A stretch of DNA of 64,000 nucleotides from Octopus sinensis (Eukaryota). The stretch is taken from the NCBI RefSeq assembly GCF_006345805.1, contig NC_042998.1:47616001-47680000 (forward strand). The letters are read 5' to 3'. Below, piece after piece: positions 25,682 to 38,986 of the stretch. The notes below the pieces were generated by a model that was given only the letters and a program-made list of their open reading frames with translations, was not told where the DNA came from and made no database searches. Position 1 is the stretch's first letter. Each line of letters begins with the position of its first letter. The position numbers and the translations under genes are program-made.

Positions 25682-26075
25682 GTGGAGGTGCAATGGCCCA
25701 GTGGTTAGGGGAGCGGACTCGCGGTCGTAAGCAGTGGACTCGTGGTTTCGATTCCCAGACCGGGCGTTGTGAGCGTTTATTGCGCGAAAACACCTAAAGC
25801 TCCATGATGTTCCGTCAGTGGAGGGGGGGGGCGATTCCTGCTGTACTCTTTCACCACAACTTTCTCTCAGTCTTTCTTCCTGTTTCTGTTGTACCTGTAT
25901 TTCAAAGAGGCAGCCTTGTCACACTGTGTTTCAAGCTGAATCTCCCTGAGGACTACGTTAAGGGTACACGTGTCTGCGGAGTGCTCAGCCACTTACACTT
26001 TAATTTCACAAGCAGACTGTTCCGTTGATCGGATCAACTGGAACCGTCGTCGTCGTAACCGATAGAGTGCCACGA
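25682..26075 (+). mobile_element. SINE: head C + tail X
   Basis: GTGGAGGTGCAATGGCCCAGTGGTTAGGG...GGTTTCGATTCCC; tail ...CTGTTCCGTTGATCGGATCAACTGGAACC...GTCGTAACCGA.AGAGTGCC. Confidence 0.9.
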
Positions 26076-26089
26076 CGATTTATATATAT

Positions 26090-26120
<31 letters not shown>

Positions 26121-26328
26121 CATACATACATACATACATACATACATACATACATACATACACACATACATACATACATACACACATACATACATACATA
26201 CATACATACATACATACATACACATACATACATATATACATACATACATACATATATACATACATACATATAGATAGATAAGTAGATAACATATATATAT
26301 TGTAAAAATATATGTAGATATATATGTA

Positions 26329-26397
<69 letters not shown>

Positions 26398-26713
26398 ATA
26401 CACATACGTATGTATAAATTACATACTAAGAAGAGATGCTGAAAAGAGATGTCAAATCCCCAAACCGCGAAAAATACCATCTTAGCACGTTGCCTGCCGT
26501 TTAAAACACGCACTCACATATTCATACACGCGTATTAACAGAAGAAGCATTACACAATGGTACGATGAGTAGAAATTGTCTTACCCGCCGATAGTCAACG
26601 TGCTAATAACGTATTTTACGTGGTTTGGGGATTTGATATCTCCTTCCAGTATGTTAGGAGACCACTTTGGAATTCTCCTCGCAGTGTTTAATTTATACAC
26701 ATGTATACATACA

Positions 26714-26760
<47 letters not shown>

Positions 26761-27164
26761 CAGACAAACAGAGAGAGAGAGAGCGAGAGAGAGAGCGCGG
26801 GGCATATAAGTACATGATATATGTTTTTATTTGGTACGTGCGTTGATGTATATGCGGCGTGGGGTATATATATGAATGCATATATTACTTGGAAGTTCTT
26901 AACTCTGATTTTTCACGTTTCCGGTTGATCAAATAAATCCTGAAGGATTGGAAACATGAAACGCACATTTAAATTTTCCAAGTTCTAATAAAATATAAAA
27001 TATACACACTTCTTCATGAACTGAGTACTTTACTCTATTCTAAAACACGCACACACTCTCATGTACATACACGCGTATTAATATAAGAAACATTACACAT
27101 TGGTACGATGAGTAGAAATGTAAGGTAAGTTTACGAGCGAGTGTTGCTTTTAATATTATGTCTT

Positions 27165-27770
27165 AAAATCCGAGCGAAATGCTTAGCGGTATTTCGTTCT
27201 GAGTTCAAATCCCGCCGAGGTCGACTTTGCCTTTCATCCTTTCGGGGTCGATAAATTAAGTACCAGTAGCGTACAGGGATCGATCTAATCGAATGGCCCC
27301 CTCCCCCAAAATTTCGGTCCGTGTGCCTAGAGAAGAAAAGAATATTATGTCTTAAAATAAACGGGTGAGCTGGCAGAACCGTTACTGCGCCGGGCAAAAT
27401 GTTTAGTGGCATTTCATCCGTCTTTACGTTCTGAGTTCAAATTCCGCCGAGGTCGACTTTGCCTTTCATCCTTTCGTGGTCGATAAGATAAGTACCAGTT
27501 GAGCACTGGGGGGGGGGTCGATGTATGCCCAAATTTGAAAGCACTATTATGTCTTAAAATAAAGCGGCGGAATCGTTAGCACGCCGAGCGAAATTCTGAG
27601 CAACACTGTGTTCGTCTATATGTTCTGAGTTCAAATTCTGCCGGGATCGACTTTGCCTTTCATCCTTTCGGGGTCGACAAAATAAGTACCAGTTGAAGAC
27701 TGGAATCAATGTAATCGATTTACTCGTCTTCTCCGAAATTACTGGCCTTGAACCAAAATTTTAACCCATT
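27165..27770 (+). mobile_element. Array of three SINE family B copies separated by ATTATGTCTTAAAAT target repeats
   Basis: ATTATGTCTTAAAAT at ~27155, ~27344 and ~27546, each preceding a B body. Confidence 0.85.
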
Positions 27771-28534
27771 AATCCTTACTGTTTGAGTACACACTGTGAG
27801 AAAACAGGGGGCCTGCTATTTAAAAGGCGTGGTATTGAAAAACAAAGAACTGCAACTTTCAAATGCCTCACAATTTCTAACGGCTTTTTAAGGTGACTTT
27901 ACAGCTAATAAATCTTTCTAAATGTATAAGGCTACGATGTTTATACTTATGTACATAGCTTTCGGGATCGATAGATTCAGCATTCCACCGCAAGGTAGTG
28001 TTGTAGTTAGTAACAGGAAATTCAAACATATTTTTTTTTGCGTTTGTTGTGAATAAATTTGTGTTTTTCATTGAAGTATTTTTTTAATGACTTTCGATGC
28101 ATTTTTTTAAATGTTTGTTCCTGTTTGTACGTTGGAATCTATCACCAATTTAAGTTGAGATATGTCTATACACCAATGGTAGTAAAGTCTTTCTGACTTT
28201 ACCTCCCACCACTAACTAATGATGAAAAACAAAAGTTTATTACCCGACAAAATATTTCAGTAGTATTTTAAGTGCTTAAGTATTTTTCTCAGAAATCCTG
28301 TGCGTGTTTCATGTCAAAAACTGTAATGTTTCAGAAAGGCCATTGAGAAATATAGTTGTGACAACAAAATAAAAATTTTCTTGATGAAGAGCTTAAAATG
28401 AAAGGAAAAAAAATATAGAAACAGAGGTGTTGCTACTGTTACGAACCCAGGTCAACCCTGATTGAGTATAAGTGTGAACTGGACAGGAAAGAAAGACGTT
28501 TATTTCAAGTTTTGAGGCTGAGTATAAAAAATAT

Positions 28535-29113
28535 TGATTTCAATCTTTGGCACATGATCAGCAATTTCAGGGGCGGGAATGAGACGATTACAAACAACGA
28601 CCCCAGCGCTCAACTGGTACTTATTTTATCGACTCCAAAAGGATGAAAGGTAAAGCCGACCTCAGCGGAACTTGAACTCATAAAATGATATTCGGAAGAA
28701 AGGCCACTAAGCATTTTTCCCGACTCTAGACACAAAGGGGGGAAGTCAATTAGATCGACGCTAATACGCAACAGGATAAAAGGCAAAGTCGATCTCGGCG
28801 AAATTTGAACTCACAACGTAAAGACAGTCGAAATACCTATTTCTTTATTACCCTCGGCGGAATTCGAACTCAGAACGTAACGGCAGACGAAATACCTATT
28901 TCTTTACTACCCACAAGGGGCTAAACATAGAGGGGACAAACGGATGAAGTCGATTATATTGACCCCAGTGCATAACTGGTACTTATTTAATCGACCCCGA
29001 AAGGATGAAAGGCAAAGTCGACCTCGGCGGAATTTGAACTTAGAACGTAGCGGCAGACGAAATACCGCTAAGCATTTCGCCCGGCGTGCTAACTTTTCTG
29101 CCAACTCGCCGCC
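28535..29113 (-). mobile_element. Cluster of SINE family B copies and fragments
   Basis: Repeated GAAAGGCAAAGTCGACCTCGGCGGAATTTGAACTC and GAAATACCTATTTCTTTA junctions; head at ~29095-29113. Confidence 0.85.
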
Positions 29114-29238
29114 TGGGAGCATTACAACTATTACATGAAAATATTCTTCGTGTCGCGTTTTAGAGTAACTTTATTTGGAGTTTCGGGAGTTGAACAATGT
29201 ATGTTTGAAACTGCGATGAAGTTTAATACATATTATAA

Positions 29239-29401
29239 GTGCCGGTGTGCCTATGCGGTAAGAAGCCTGCTTCCCAACCACATGGTTCCGGATTCAGTCC
29301 CACTGAGTGGCACCTTGGACAAGTGTCTTCTACTGTAGCGTCAGGTCAACCAAGGCCATCTGAGTGGATTTGGGAGACGGAAACTGAAAGAAGCCCGTCG
29401 T

Positions 29402-29402
<1 letters not shown>
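29239..29402 (+). mobile_element. SINE family A 5' half, ending at its TA microsatellite
   Basis: CCACATGGTTCCGGATTCAGTCCCACTG...GGAAACTGAAAGAAGCCCGTCGTATA. Confidence 0.85.
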
Positions 29403-29459
<57 letters not shown>

Positions 29460-29712
29460 TAATATAATATAATATAATATAAATTAGAGATAAAACCACT
29501 ATTATGCAACTCAAACAGTGACTGACATAGACCAATACATAGATAACAAATAATACATATTTTTATTAAATATTTTTATCCTCATAGCATTTTTTGATAA
29601 ATAAATTTATTATCTGTTATTATCTAGCTGTTTTTTTATAAATAAACCTGTCCTCTAATATCTTACGCACTATATATATATATATTTATATACATACACA
29701 TACACATATACA

Positions 29713-29754
<42 letters not shown>

Positions 29755-29779
29755 CATATATAGGCACACACACACATAT

Positions 29780-29842
<63 letters not shown>

Positions 29843-29843
<1 letters not shown>

Positions 29844-30005
29844 GACTGGCTTCACACAATTTTCGTTTACCAAATTCACTCACAAGGCATTGGTCAGCAC
29901 AAAGCCATAGCAGAAAACACTTGCTCAACATAGCATGCTGTTGAACTAAACCCGAAGCTATGTGACTGGGAAGCAATGTTCTTTCCACACAGCTAAGTGT
30001 GTGCC
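29843..30005 (-). mobile_element. Degenerate SINE family A 5' half
   Basis: TACCAAATTCACTCACAAGGCATTGGTCAG...AAACACTTGCTCAA. Confidence 0.7.
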
Positions 30006-30752
30006 AAGAGAGTTTATTAAAAAATATATTAAAGGAGACAATGTGGTAAAAAAAGTTTTTTAAAAACTGAGAATACGTGGTTTCCAATTTTGCTATAGTC
30101 CCCATTAATTTAAATATTTATTTTTTTATTGCCCACAGAGAGACAGACAGACAGACAGACAGAGGGCAGAAGGCACATATGTGAGTTAGAACCAGGGGCG
30201 TACATAAGTGTCTATCTCCTAAAAAACTCAGGCTAGAACTGTCAAGAGGAGAACGAAGTAAAATATGCAACTCCTAGAGAGTTGGAAATCTATAAAATTG
30301 TGTATCAAAGAGAAATAAATCCATCCGAAGACTGTTAAGGCAACACAATGTCTGTTTTTCTTTAATTAGGGAAATTAAGGATAGGTATTTTAAACTTAAA
30401 CTTTGCTCCAGCTAATCTCGGGAAATTATAAGTTAACCTCAGTGATATTTGAACTCAAAACTATGCAACATAGACTTAACAGACAGGAATTTAATCTCCC
30501 GTTTATGTGGCCTATCTACTGTTTTCTAGACTATTTTCCCGTTAGTTATTGGACAGAGTCCATATCGGCAATTTGATCGCTATTTCTCTAGACTAGTTTG
30601 TCATCAATTTCAAAGATATAAATTCTGTTGAAAGAAACGTTAAACCTATTTTTACTGTAACGAAATGAAAGGAAGAAACAAACGGACAGACAGAATAAAA
30701 GTAAATAACTGAAAAAGAAACCAAATGCCTTAGTATTTGAGATTAAACTGTT

Positions 30753-30755
<3 letters not shown>

Positions 30756-30822
<67 letters not shown>

Positions 30823-30834
30823 ATATATATAATG

Positions 30835-30870
<36 letters not shown>

Positions 30871-30883
30871 ATATATATATATG

Positions 30884-30930
<47 letters not shown>

Positions 30931-30932
30931 GT

Positions 30933-30979
<47 letters not shown>

Positions 30980-31001
30980 AATATATATATGTATATATAT
31001 G

Positions 31002-31039
<38 letters not shown>

Positions 31040-31425
31040 TATATGTTATATATATATATATGTGTATATATATAATATATGTGTGTGTATATATATATAT
31101 GTATATATACATATATATATATATACATATATATATACATATATATATATGTATTATATATATATATATATATATATATATCTATATATATATACATATA
31201 TATATACATATATATATGTATATATATATATATACATATATGTATATATATACATATATATATGTATATATATACATATATATATGTATATATATAATAT
31301 ATGTATATATATGTATATACATATGTATATATATATATGTATATTATATATATATATATGTATATATATTATATATGTATATATATATGTATATATATAT
31401 GTATATATATATATATATATACATA
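30756..31425. repeat. ~670-bp degenerate (TA)n array
   Basis: Directly visible. Confidence 0.95.
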
Positions 31426-32307
31426 TTTGTAACCTCTTGAAATATTATCTGAAACAAAAGACGTGAGCAAATGTATATTTACAAGTTATTAATTTCTTCT
31501 TTGATGAGGTTCAACCACATTTTGCAAACCATTAAAACAAAGTGTTTACCTAATTCCAGGTTGATCGGTGCACCGCTTCTATGACCTTTATCAAGAATGG
31601 GTTCACTGAAAGTTGCATAACACGAATCCACAATTTAGTTGAGAGGCGGGCGATGATTTTTTTTGTTAATTCGACCATTATTTCGACCCCAGCTTGTACA
31701 GGAACATTTTAATTTTCAGCTTATTACGTAAAGCAGCCGAGCAGAAGGATGTAGAATATATCCGTAGTTATCAGAATTTTGTTGACATTTTTAGATAAAC
31801 CTCGAAATATAATCGTTACAATCACAGTTTTTGTAATTGGAATAAACATTATTTCGATAACTTCCAGAATTAATAAAATGTGAAGTTTGTATTGCTAACA
31901 ACATGAAAGAAAAACAGCAGCAATGTTTATTGAGGAAGATATTGAGAAATCGTACGATTTATCTAAAATAAAAGAAATATCTTCTACGTTTTGCTTTAAT
32001 TTTACATCTAAATTTCATATAACAAGCGATAAGCTTATTTATGTCAGTCAGTTTAGTTGGTAAAAGGTTCGGTGAAGAAAAACAATGAGATTTGTTTCTT
32101 GTTTTTTTTTTTTTTGCTGGATCTAGAGGAAGGGACAATGTACATGACCTTCGCAGGGCCTCCTCATCCGGTGAGACAGCTGCTATTAATGTTCCTTTTG
32201 AACTTTTGAAAGCTAATACATGCAAGAAAGACATGGATAAGAAGCGGAACCTGGGAAGGAAGGACTGGGAATAGAAACTGGTATGGTACCTGGGAAATTG
32301 GACACAT

Positions 32308-32670
32308 GATTCTTTATTCCCCATAAAGGGTTTACATAGAGGGGACAGCACAACATGATTTTGGGGTCATGTGATACAAAATGATGATTAAAAATTTATA
32401 ATGAAATCGAATGTAACACACTGAAAAACAATACAAACACAAAAGGGACACATGTAGTTGAAAAGAAACAGGGTTGCCGACCCCACGAGCCCTGTCTTTT
32501 CAACTGATATCACGGTAAGTCATTCTAGCGTGTTCACGCAGGGCCAGCATTTGCGCAACACGCATCCATCTTTTTTTGAACACGCACTCTGAGAGACACG
32601 TTCTTTCAAACCCCACCTTTCTTTTTAGATGAAACTTAAAATAGTTCGGGAAAGTGGACACAGCAAGAGT
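32308..32670 (-). mobile_element. 3' fragment of a second Tx1/L1-like LINE family
   Basis: NYFKFHLKRKVGFERTCLSECVFKKRWMRVAQM aligns with NFFKYHLKRKVRVERQVLSSECFKKRWVNVARM of the 23491-25066 element; 3' end TGTCCCCTCTATGTAAACCCTTTATGGGGAATAAAGAA. Confidence 0.85.
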
Positions 32671-34287
32671 GATGGAAGGAAGACGATCGAGTGGATCGAG
32701 AATGCCCCTATGTAAAACTAGAATAATTCTAGACAGCGCCGGCAAACAAAGTTCATTATCATATAGGTTTAAATTGGCTGAGAGTAAAGACAGCGCACCT
32801 ATGTGAAAGACGTTGGAGTATGTTTGCGAGTGACTTCATGTCAATCGGTCGGATGGGCTTTTCAAGATGCGGTCTAGGATGTCTGAGTGTACAACAGCAC
32901 CAGCACTGTCTCGGATTTCTATCTTCAGTTACAAAGATAGGCGATAACTTTAGATTAAAACTTGATTGGAGTCGGTAATCTTCGATGCTAATTGAGTCAG
33001 CTATCTATCAGCTATCGATTTATATGGCAACAATATTGTCTGTGAAAAAATCTATGGAAGAAAAACCACTGACATTCGTGGCAATGCTAAGGTTGATATT
33101 GGGAATGTTACTGAATAGTAAATACCAACCATAGTAAATTTCAAACTTTATACCTTGTTTTTACTAAGCGACCTTATAAGGACCACACCTTGATTATTTT
33201 TTCATTGCACCCTTTTTCATTTTGACTAGTAAAACCCTACCCAGAATTAACTCGCCAAACTACATCTCTTTAAAGTTTATCTTATATTTTTACATTCGAA
33301 TAGATTTGATGGTGTATATTTCTTTTACGGTTTTTGGCATCTATTAAGAAATGGTTGAAAGAGCGATTTTCGTTTTGTTAAACTGCCTGGAGGCATTCGT
33401 TACTTGAAGCTATTTTTTCTACTCAAGTTTCTATGGTGAGAGAAACATTTAATATTAAGATAATATTTAGTTTAATTCCTTAAATCAGCAGATAATACAG
33501 TTACGTTTTTTTATCTTTCCGTTTTGATTCCTAAAATATGAATTTTATATCACCACCTTGTATATACGACCACTGTGTGAGGAAAGAAGTATAGCCGATA
33601 TAATCGAAAACATGTGTGTGTATGTGGATTAATTAACTCTCGCCACCAGCACCTGTACTGTTATGCAAATTATTAAAGAGAACACTTTAGCTATATTCAG
33701 TTTGATGTTTACAATGTTTTGTATACACAATGAATAATAATGAATAACCAGACATCTTTTTTTCTTTGACTTATTTGCCTGGACAAAAGAAAAGTCCGTC
33801 TCTTTTACTTGGGAATTGAAAATTTCGAATTTATTGAGTTTGAGCATATTTTCTTAATACTGTCTTAGATCGTGAAAGTGATTACGGACGTTGTTACTGA
33901 CTAAAACAATATCATCACTCCATATCAACAGCAATGCAGCTTCAGAACTTCATCAATATCAAACCATCTATTTGCAACCAAACTTTCGCAATTTTTCTAC
34001 CATTTTCTCTATTTTATTTTCTCTTCAGGCAAAGTTTTTAAAAGTTAACGTTGCTTACTTTATCGCAGTTTCAAAATATATTTTGTTAGCTGAAATATTT
34101 TAGCGTGTTGATTCTCGCAATAGGCTAAACAGATATCAATCCATTAAGAATTAGTTGAACTTCGTACAGTTAAGTAAAGAAAAGAAACCATAGAGAGTTT
34201 CTTAATTCCAATCTTATATCAATCATATATTGTCCGTCCAAGATATCACAGTTGCGGTATTATTAAGGTATTATTAAGGTATTATTA

Positions 34288-34930
34288 GGGCGGTGAGCTG
34301 GCAGAAACGTTAGCGGTATTTCGTCTGTCTTAACGTTCTGAGTTCAAATTCCGCCGAGGTCGACTTTGCCTTTCATCCTTTCGGGGTCGATAAATTAAGT
34401 ACCAGTTACGCACTGGGGTCGATGTAATCGACGTTAATCCGTTTGTCTGTCCTTGTTTGTCCCCTCCGTGTTTAGCCCCTTGTGGGTAGTAAAGAAATAA
34501 GGGCGGCAAGCTAGCAGAAACGTTAGCACGTCGGGCAAAATGCTTAGCGGTATTTCGGCTGCCGTTACGTTGTGAGTTCAAATTCCGCCGTGTCGACTTT
34601 GCTTTTCATCCTTTCGGGGTCGATAAATTAAGTACCAGTTACGCACTGGGGTCGATGTAATCGACTTAATACCAGTCCCCTCTATGTTTAGTCCCTTGTG
34701 GGTAATAAAGAAATAGGTATTATTAAGGTATTATTAGGGCGGTGAGCTGGCAGAATCGTTAGCGGTATTTCCTCTAACGTTCTGAGTTCAAATTCCGCCG
34801 AGATCGACTTTGCCTTTCATCCTTACAAGATCGATAAACTAAGTACCAGTTGCGTACTGGGGTCGATCTAATCGACTGCCCCCCCCCCTCCCTAAAAATT
34901 TCGGGCCTTGTGCCTAGAGTAGAAAAGTAG
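34288..34930 (+). mobile_element. Array of three SINE family B copies (two with tail 1, one with tail 2)
   Basis: Copies at ~34288-34499, 34501-34715 and 34738-34928; ATTATTAAGGTATTATTAG recurs before, between and after. Confidence 0.9.
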
Positions 34931-35463
34931 GAAAGATTATTAAGGTATTATTAGCAGGAACCCAGTTTCTCCATCAACCCAATGACTTCAGCGTTTTCTT
35001 TTCCCCCTTTATATTTATATTTTCTTCAAATGCGTCTTTCCTGAATGGGCCATGCAGATCGTTCCTCTTCTTACTAACTACTTTTTCATACTGAGTAATC
35101 TCTCAAACTAAAAGTGTGTACATGTAGGTTAATATGCATTTGTATTCATGAGTTTGATCAACTAAAACGACTTGTAAGCATCGCAGATTTCAACGTGACG
35201 GGTTGAGAGACTTTTCCATCAAGTTAACTCGTGCTGAGGAAGAATAGGCTATAATGCCAGTTCAGAAACCGATCCACGTAAGTCCAAATACTAGAAAATA
35301 AATAGCTGGAAACTATATAGGTTTGTGAATGATTTTCTTGACCCGTTCGTCCGCGTACGGTTGACGTCTTTAGTTATTATCAGTGTTATTTTTTCGGCAG
35401 TTTAAATAAGAGTTTTGACTCTTATTTCCAGCAGATAGACATACTCAGTATGTCCTTTGATTA

Positions 35464-35515
<52 letters not shown>

Positions 35516-35589
35516 TGTGTGTGTGTGAATTTTTTGCGTAATGAGATAAAAAAAACAAGGCTGTATAGATATTAGAGCATTTATAGATA

Positions 35590-35646
35590 GGTCTTACAGC
35601 TGTTTTTAGAATATTAATCAATAATAATATCCTTTCATCGGAGACG
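35590..35646 (-). ncRNA. Degenerate type I hammerhead (CCGAUGA core, G12A) in a probable Penelope pLTR remnant
   Basis: GTCT-CCGATGA-A-AGGATATT...AATATTCT-A-AAA-ACAGCTGT-A-AGAC: all three stems pair, palindromic stem III, GAA mutated to AAA. Confidence 0.6.
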
Positions 35647-35863
35647 GTGTGAGAGGAAAAATTAAGTCATAGTTTGTTTCGATGTGATACAAATAGAGAG
35701 TGAGGTGGAGGAAAGAAAATAGATGTAAAATATGTATGGCTATTGAGTTCATAAAACCGTTTTATAGACATAATGATATATATATGTAATATTCCAATAA
35801 CCTTTTAGTAAAATCCAAAAGTCCAACATATATACATATATATATACATATATATATACATAT

Positions 35864-35911
<48 letters not shown>

Positions 35912-35912
<1 letters not shown>

Positions 35913-36057
35913 TTTATTTAAAAGCAGCAGAAAATATAACAAAAGCTGTTACTCAGAGTTTCACGTTCCCGTCCATCGGACAGTTTTGTCCGATGAACGG
36001 GAACGTGAAACTCTGAGTAACAGCTTTTGTTATATTTTCTGCTGATTTTAAATAAAG
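35912..36057. repeat. ~146-bp palindrome carrying a minimal hammerhead in each arm (inverted Penelope-like pLTR)
   Basis: Arms meet at GGACA-GTTT-TGTCC; plus strand TGT-CCGATGA-ACG GGAA CGT-GAAA-CTCTGAG-TA-ACA (35987-36022); minus-strand copy has CCGATGG. Confidence 0.85.
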
Positions 36058-36126
36058 CATATTACTCTACCTCTGGTATTTGAGTACTCTTTTTTCCACC
36101 TTGTTTCACATTTATGGGCTTACTTC

Positions 36127-36171
<45 letters not shown>

Positions 36172-36222
36172 GTGTGTGTGTATGTGTGTGTGTGTGTGTG
36201 TGGTGTGTGTGTGTGTGTGTGT

Positions 36223-36273
<51 letters not shown>

Positions 36274-36594
36274 ATGCGCAAAATATCAAAATAAATATAA
36301 CAACGAAGAATTAAGAAAAATCAAACAAGATGTGAGCGCGAAGTGCAGATGTAAAAATCCGTACATCTCTAGAATTTTTAAGTGAAAACAAAAAGAAAAT
36401 ATAAAGGCAGTGTTTTCCTTTAGGATGTGGTGGAGTGAGGCTTTGCGTAGTTGCATGTGTATGTGTGTTTGTGAGTGTGCGCGCATGCCTATGTGTGTGT
36501 CTGTGTGTGTTGGTGTATGTGTGTGCGTGCTTGTGTGTATGCAGTGCATGTCCGTGTGTGTGTGTGGATGAGAGAAGCACAGAGAGAGAGAGAG

Positions 36595-36629
<35 letters not shown>

Positions 36630-37082
36630 AAAAGAAAGAAAGAAAGAAAGAAAGAAAGAATGAAAGAAGGACAGACAGACAGAGACAGATAGACAGAGGC
36701 AAATAAAGAGAGAGAAAGAAACAGACAGAAAGATAGGAAAGAGAGGTGATTGAAACAGCGTAGTGTTTGATGAATGAATAGTTGCACTAAAGGACAGCGT
36801 CTTCACGTTGCTGTTATTTTATCTTATGTCAATTGGGAAGACAGCGGTAAAAAAAAATGGCGGATAGTTAGGAGAGGAACGTCATAGTCTCACATTCATT
36901 CTGTCTATGTCTTACTCTCTTTCTCTCTCTTTCTCTTTCTCTTAACCTTTTCTCTCTCTCTTTTCGTTGCGCTTTTTGTAGTACTTCAATGTTCCCTTTA
37001 CTACAACTCGATCATTCATATCATTTCACACCCTCTTTCTCCCTCCCTTTCTCTCCCCTTCTCTCTCTTTCACTCTTTCTAT

Positions 37083-37399
37083 ATATGGCTTTATGGTTAG
37101 TCTTCGGTTCATGATCGTAAGGTCGTGGGTCCGATTCCAGGCGGCGTGTTGTGTCCTTGAGCAAGACACTTTATTTCACGTCGTTCCAGTCAACTCAGCT
37201 AGCAAAAATGAGTTGTACTTGTATTTCAAAGAGCCAGCCTTGTCACATTCAGCATCGCGCTGAATCCCCCTCAGTACTACATTAAGGATACGCGTGTCTG
37301 TGGAGTGCTCGGCCACTTGCGCGTTCATTTTTCGAGCAGGCTGTTCCGTTGATTGGATCATCTGGAAACCCCGTTGTCGTAACCGATGAAGTACCAGTT
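37083..37399 (+). mobile_element. SINE: head D + tail X (diverged)
   Basis: TCATGATCGTAAGG...CCTTGAGCAAGACACTT...GCAAAAATGAGTTGTACTTGTATTTCAAAG...GTCGTAACCGA. Confidence 0.85.
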
Positions 37400-37408
37400 T
37401 ATATATAT

Positions 37409-37795
37409 AACGAGAAAAACGCCCCCCGTCCAGTGGACAGTGCTGAGTTGTCAAACGTTTAAGCCAAATTTTTCTCAAAATGACCGTTCCATAGGCCTCC
37501 CCTTTGAGAAACACTGATTTAACCTAAATTTGAGACACCAGCAAAAGAAGGGATAAAGATAGACTTTTTTTCTATTCCAAGAAAAATGATTTTACAAATA
37601 CACGTTCCCACGGCTTTATCGATTGCATTCTCACCTGGAACCGATTTTTGTAATTTTTTCAAGACTTATACTCGCCCTGATACTGTCGGTATCTACATAT
37701 CAAATCTGAGCGCAATCGGATGTAAGATGCCCAAGATCCTAGAACACACACACACACACACGCACACACAGAACGGATTTTATAAATAATAAAGA
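37409..37795. mobile_element. Possible non-autonomous Helitron-like element
   Basis: Terminal GC-rich hairpin GTCCAGTGGAC; CAAATCTGAGCGCAATCGG followed by (CA)n and TTTATAAATAATA, a layout resembling Lep1/DINE-like rolling-circle elements. Confidence 0.4.
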
Positions 37796-37989
37796 GTATG
37801 AAGACTTGTACATCCACGAAATTTCTTTTATAATCTTATACAGCATCTTATAATGACCGAAACATGTTTCTGCTGCAGCGACTACTCACTGTTGCAAATG
37901 CAACCTTGCATTATTGTCAGTGCAGCTTCATCAAGGTCCATCCATTTGGCTATCCTCGAAGTGAACTGACTGAAGTAAATTTATGTTAG

Positions 37990-38584
37990 TGGGTAGGGAT
38001 GTTATTTGTTGGCATATACTGCTGACCTCAAATTTACACCAGTCAATGTCCGAAGTTAGGGCTTGGGCTAAAATATGCCAAGGTCGGAACTAGTATTTTT
38101 GCAGGGTTCTTTGTTCATTTTAATGATTGTGAGTCTTATAGTGAAGAGTTCATATTTGTTAAAAAAATTCCTTTTTTTTAGCTTTATATTTGCGTTATTA
38201 TTTGGGTAGAGTAGTCATTTTTTATATAAATGATGGTTATTAAATATTTTTATCTTTAGGTTATGTCATTCAATTTTTTATATCAAGTTCAGTTGTTGTT
38301 TGGGTGTTAGCTGTCTAACATTATCCTTATACCTCTTAAAAGTCCGAAAGTGTTTGCTGGATAGGTTACCTTACTATATGTAGCTATCTTGTTTTGATTC
38401 CCCTTGTTGAATACTGGTTTTTCTTTATATCCCGCCATCTCTAGTGTTATGTTGTAGTAATCCTCGTTTAACTTAAATACTTACTGGCTGGCTGATAGAT
38501 TCGATTTGTGGGTTGAAATGCTTGCGACTATGGATTAGGCTATGCACCTGGGGTGATTACTATTTTTTATGAATGTATTTGAGG

Positions 38585-38642
<58 letters not shown>

Positions 38643-38900
38643 GCATGCATGCATGTATACATATGCATATACACACACACATATTTTGTTTTTTTTAATA
38701 TCTCTACATCTACACAGGAAAGTTAGATGGTTTGAAAGGCGAGCTAGTTTTTGATGGAGTTTCTTTATATGTCTCCACTGACGTCTAATATCGGCTCCGT
38801 GCCGGTTAGATAATACAGTTCTATATTTGAGAGATGAGGAATTATCTACATTATATACATTATTTACAATTGACGTATATTCGTCCTCATCTTGTTTGTT
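37990..38900 (-). mobile_element. Penelope-like element fragments (N-terminus and post-RT region)
   Basis: ..KKLHQKLARLSNHLTFLCRCRD (38695-38900); FIKNSNHP..SNLSA..YYNITLEMAGY (~38420-38580). Confidence 0.7.
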
Positions 38901-38986
38901 GGCAACAAACAAGACGAGGACGAATATCCGTCAATTGTAAATAATGTAAATAACGTACTAAATTCCTTATCTCTCAAATATAGAAC

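Noticed and set aside
25682-25765. tRNA-like sequences at SINE heads (also 49437, 59862, 5847, 17606)
   Set aside because: A and B boxes are present but there is no complete cloverleaf, and each continues into a SINE body
26502-27119. ~75-bp direct repeats ~540 bp apart with a CTGAAGG..GAAAC motif between them
   Set aside because: Repeats are real but diverged, and the motif does not fold as a hammerhead; no element could be defined
32101-32177. Possible 45-nt exon (poly-T...AG, then GTGAGA)
   Set aside because: No recognisable peptide and no supporting neighbouring exons
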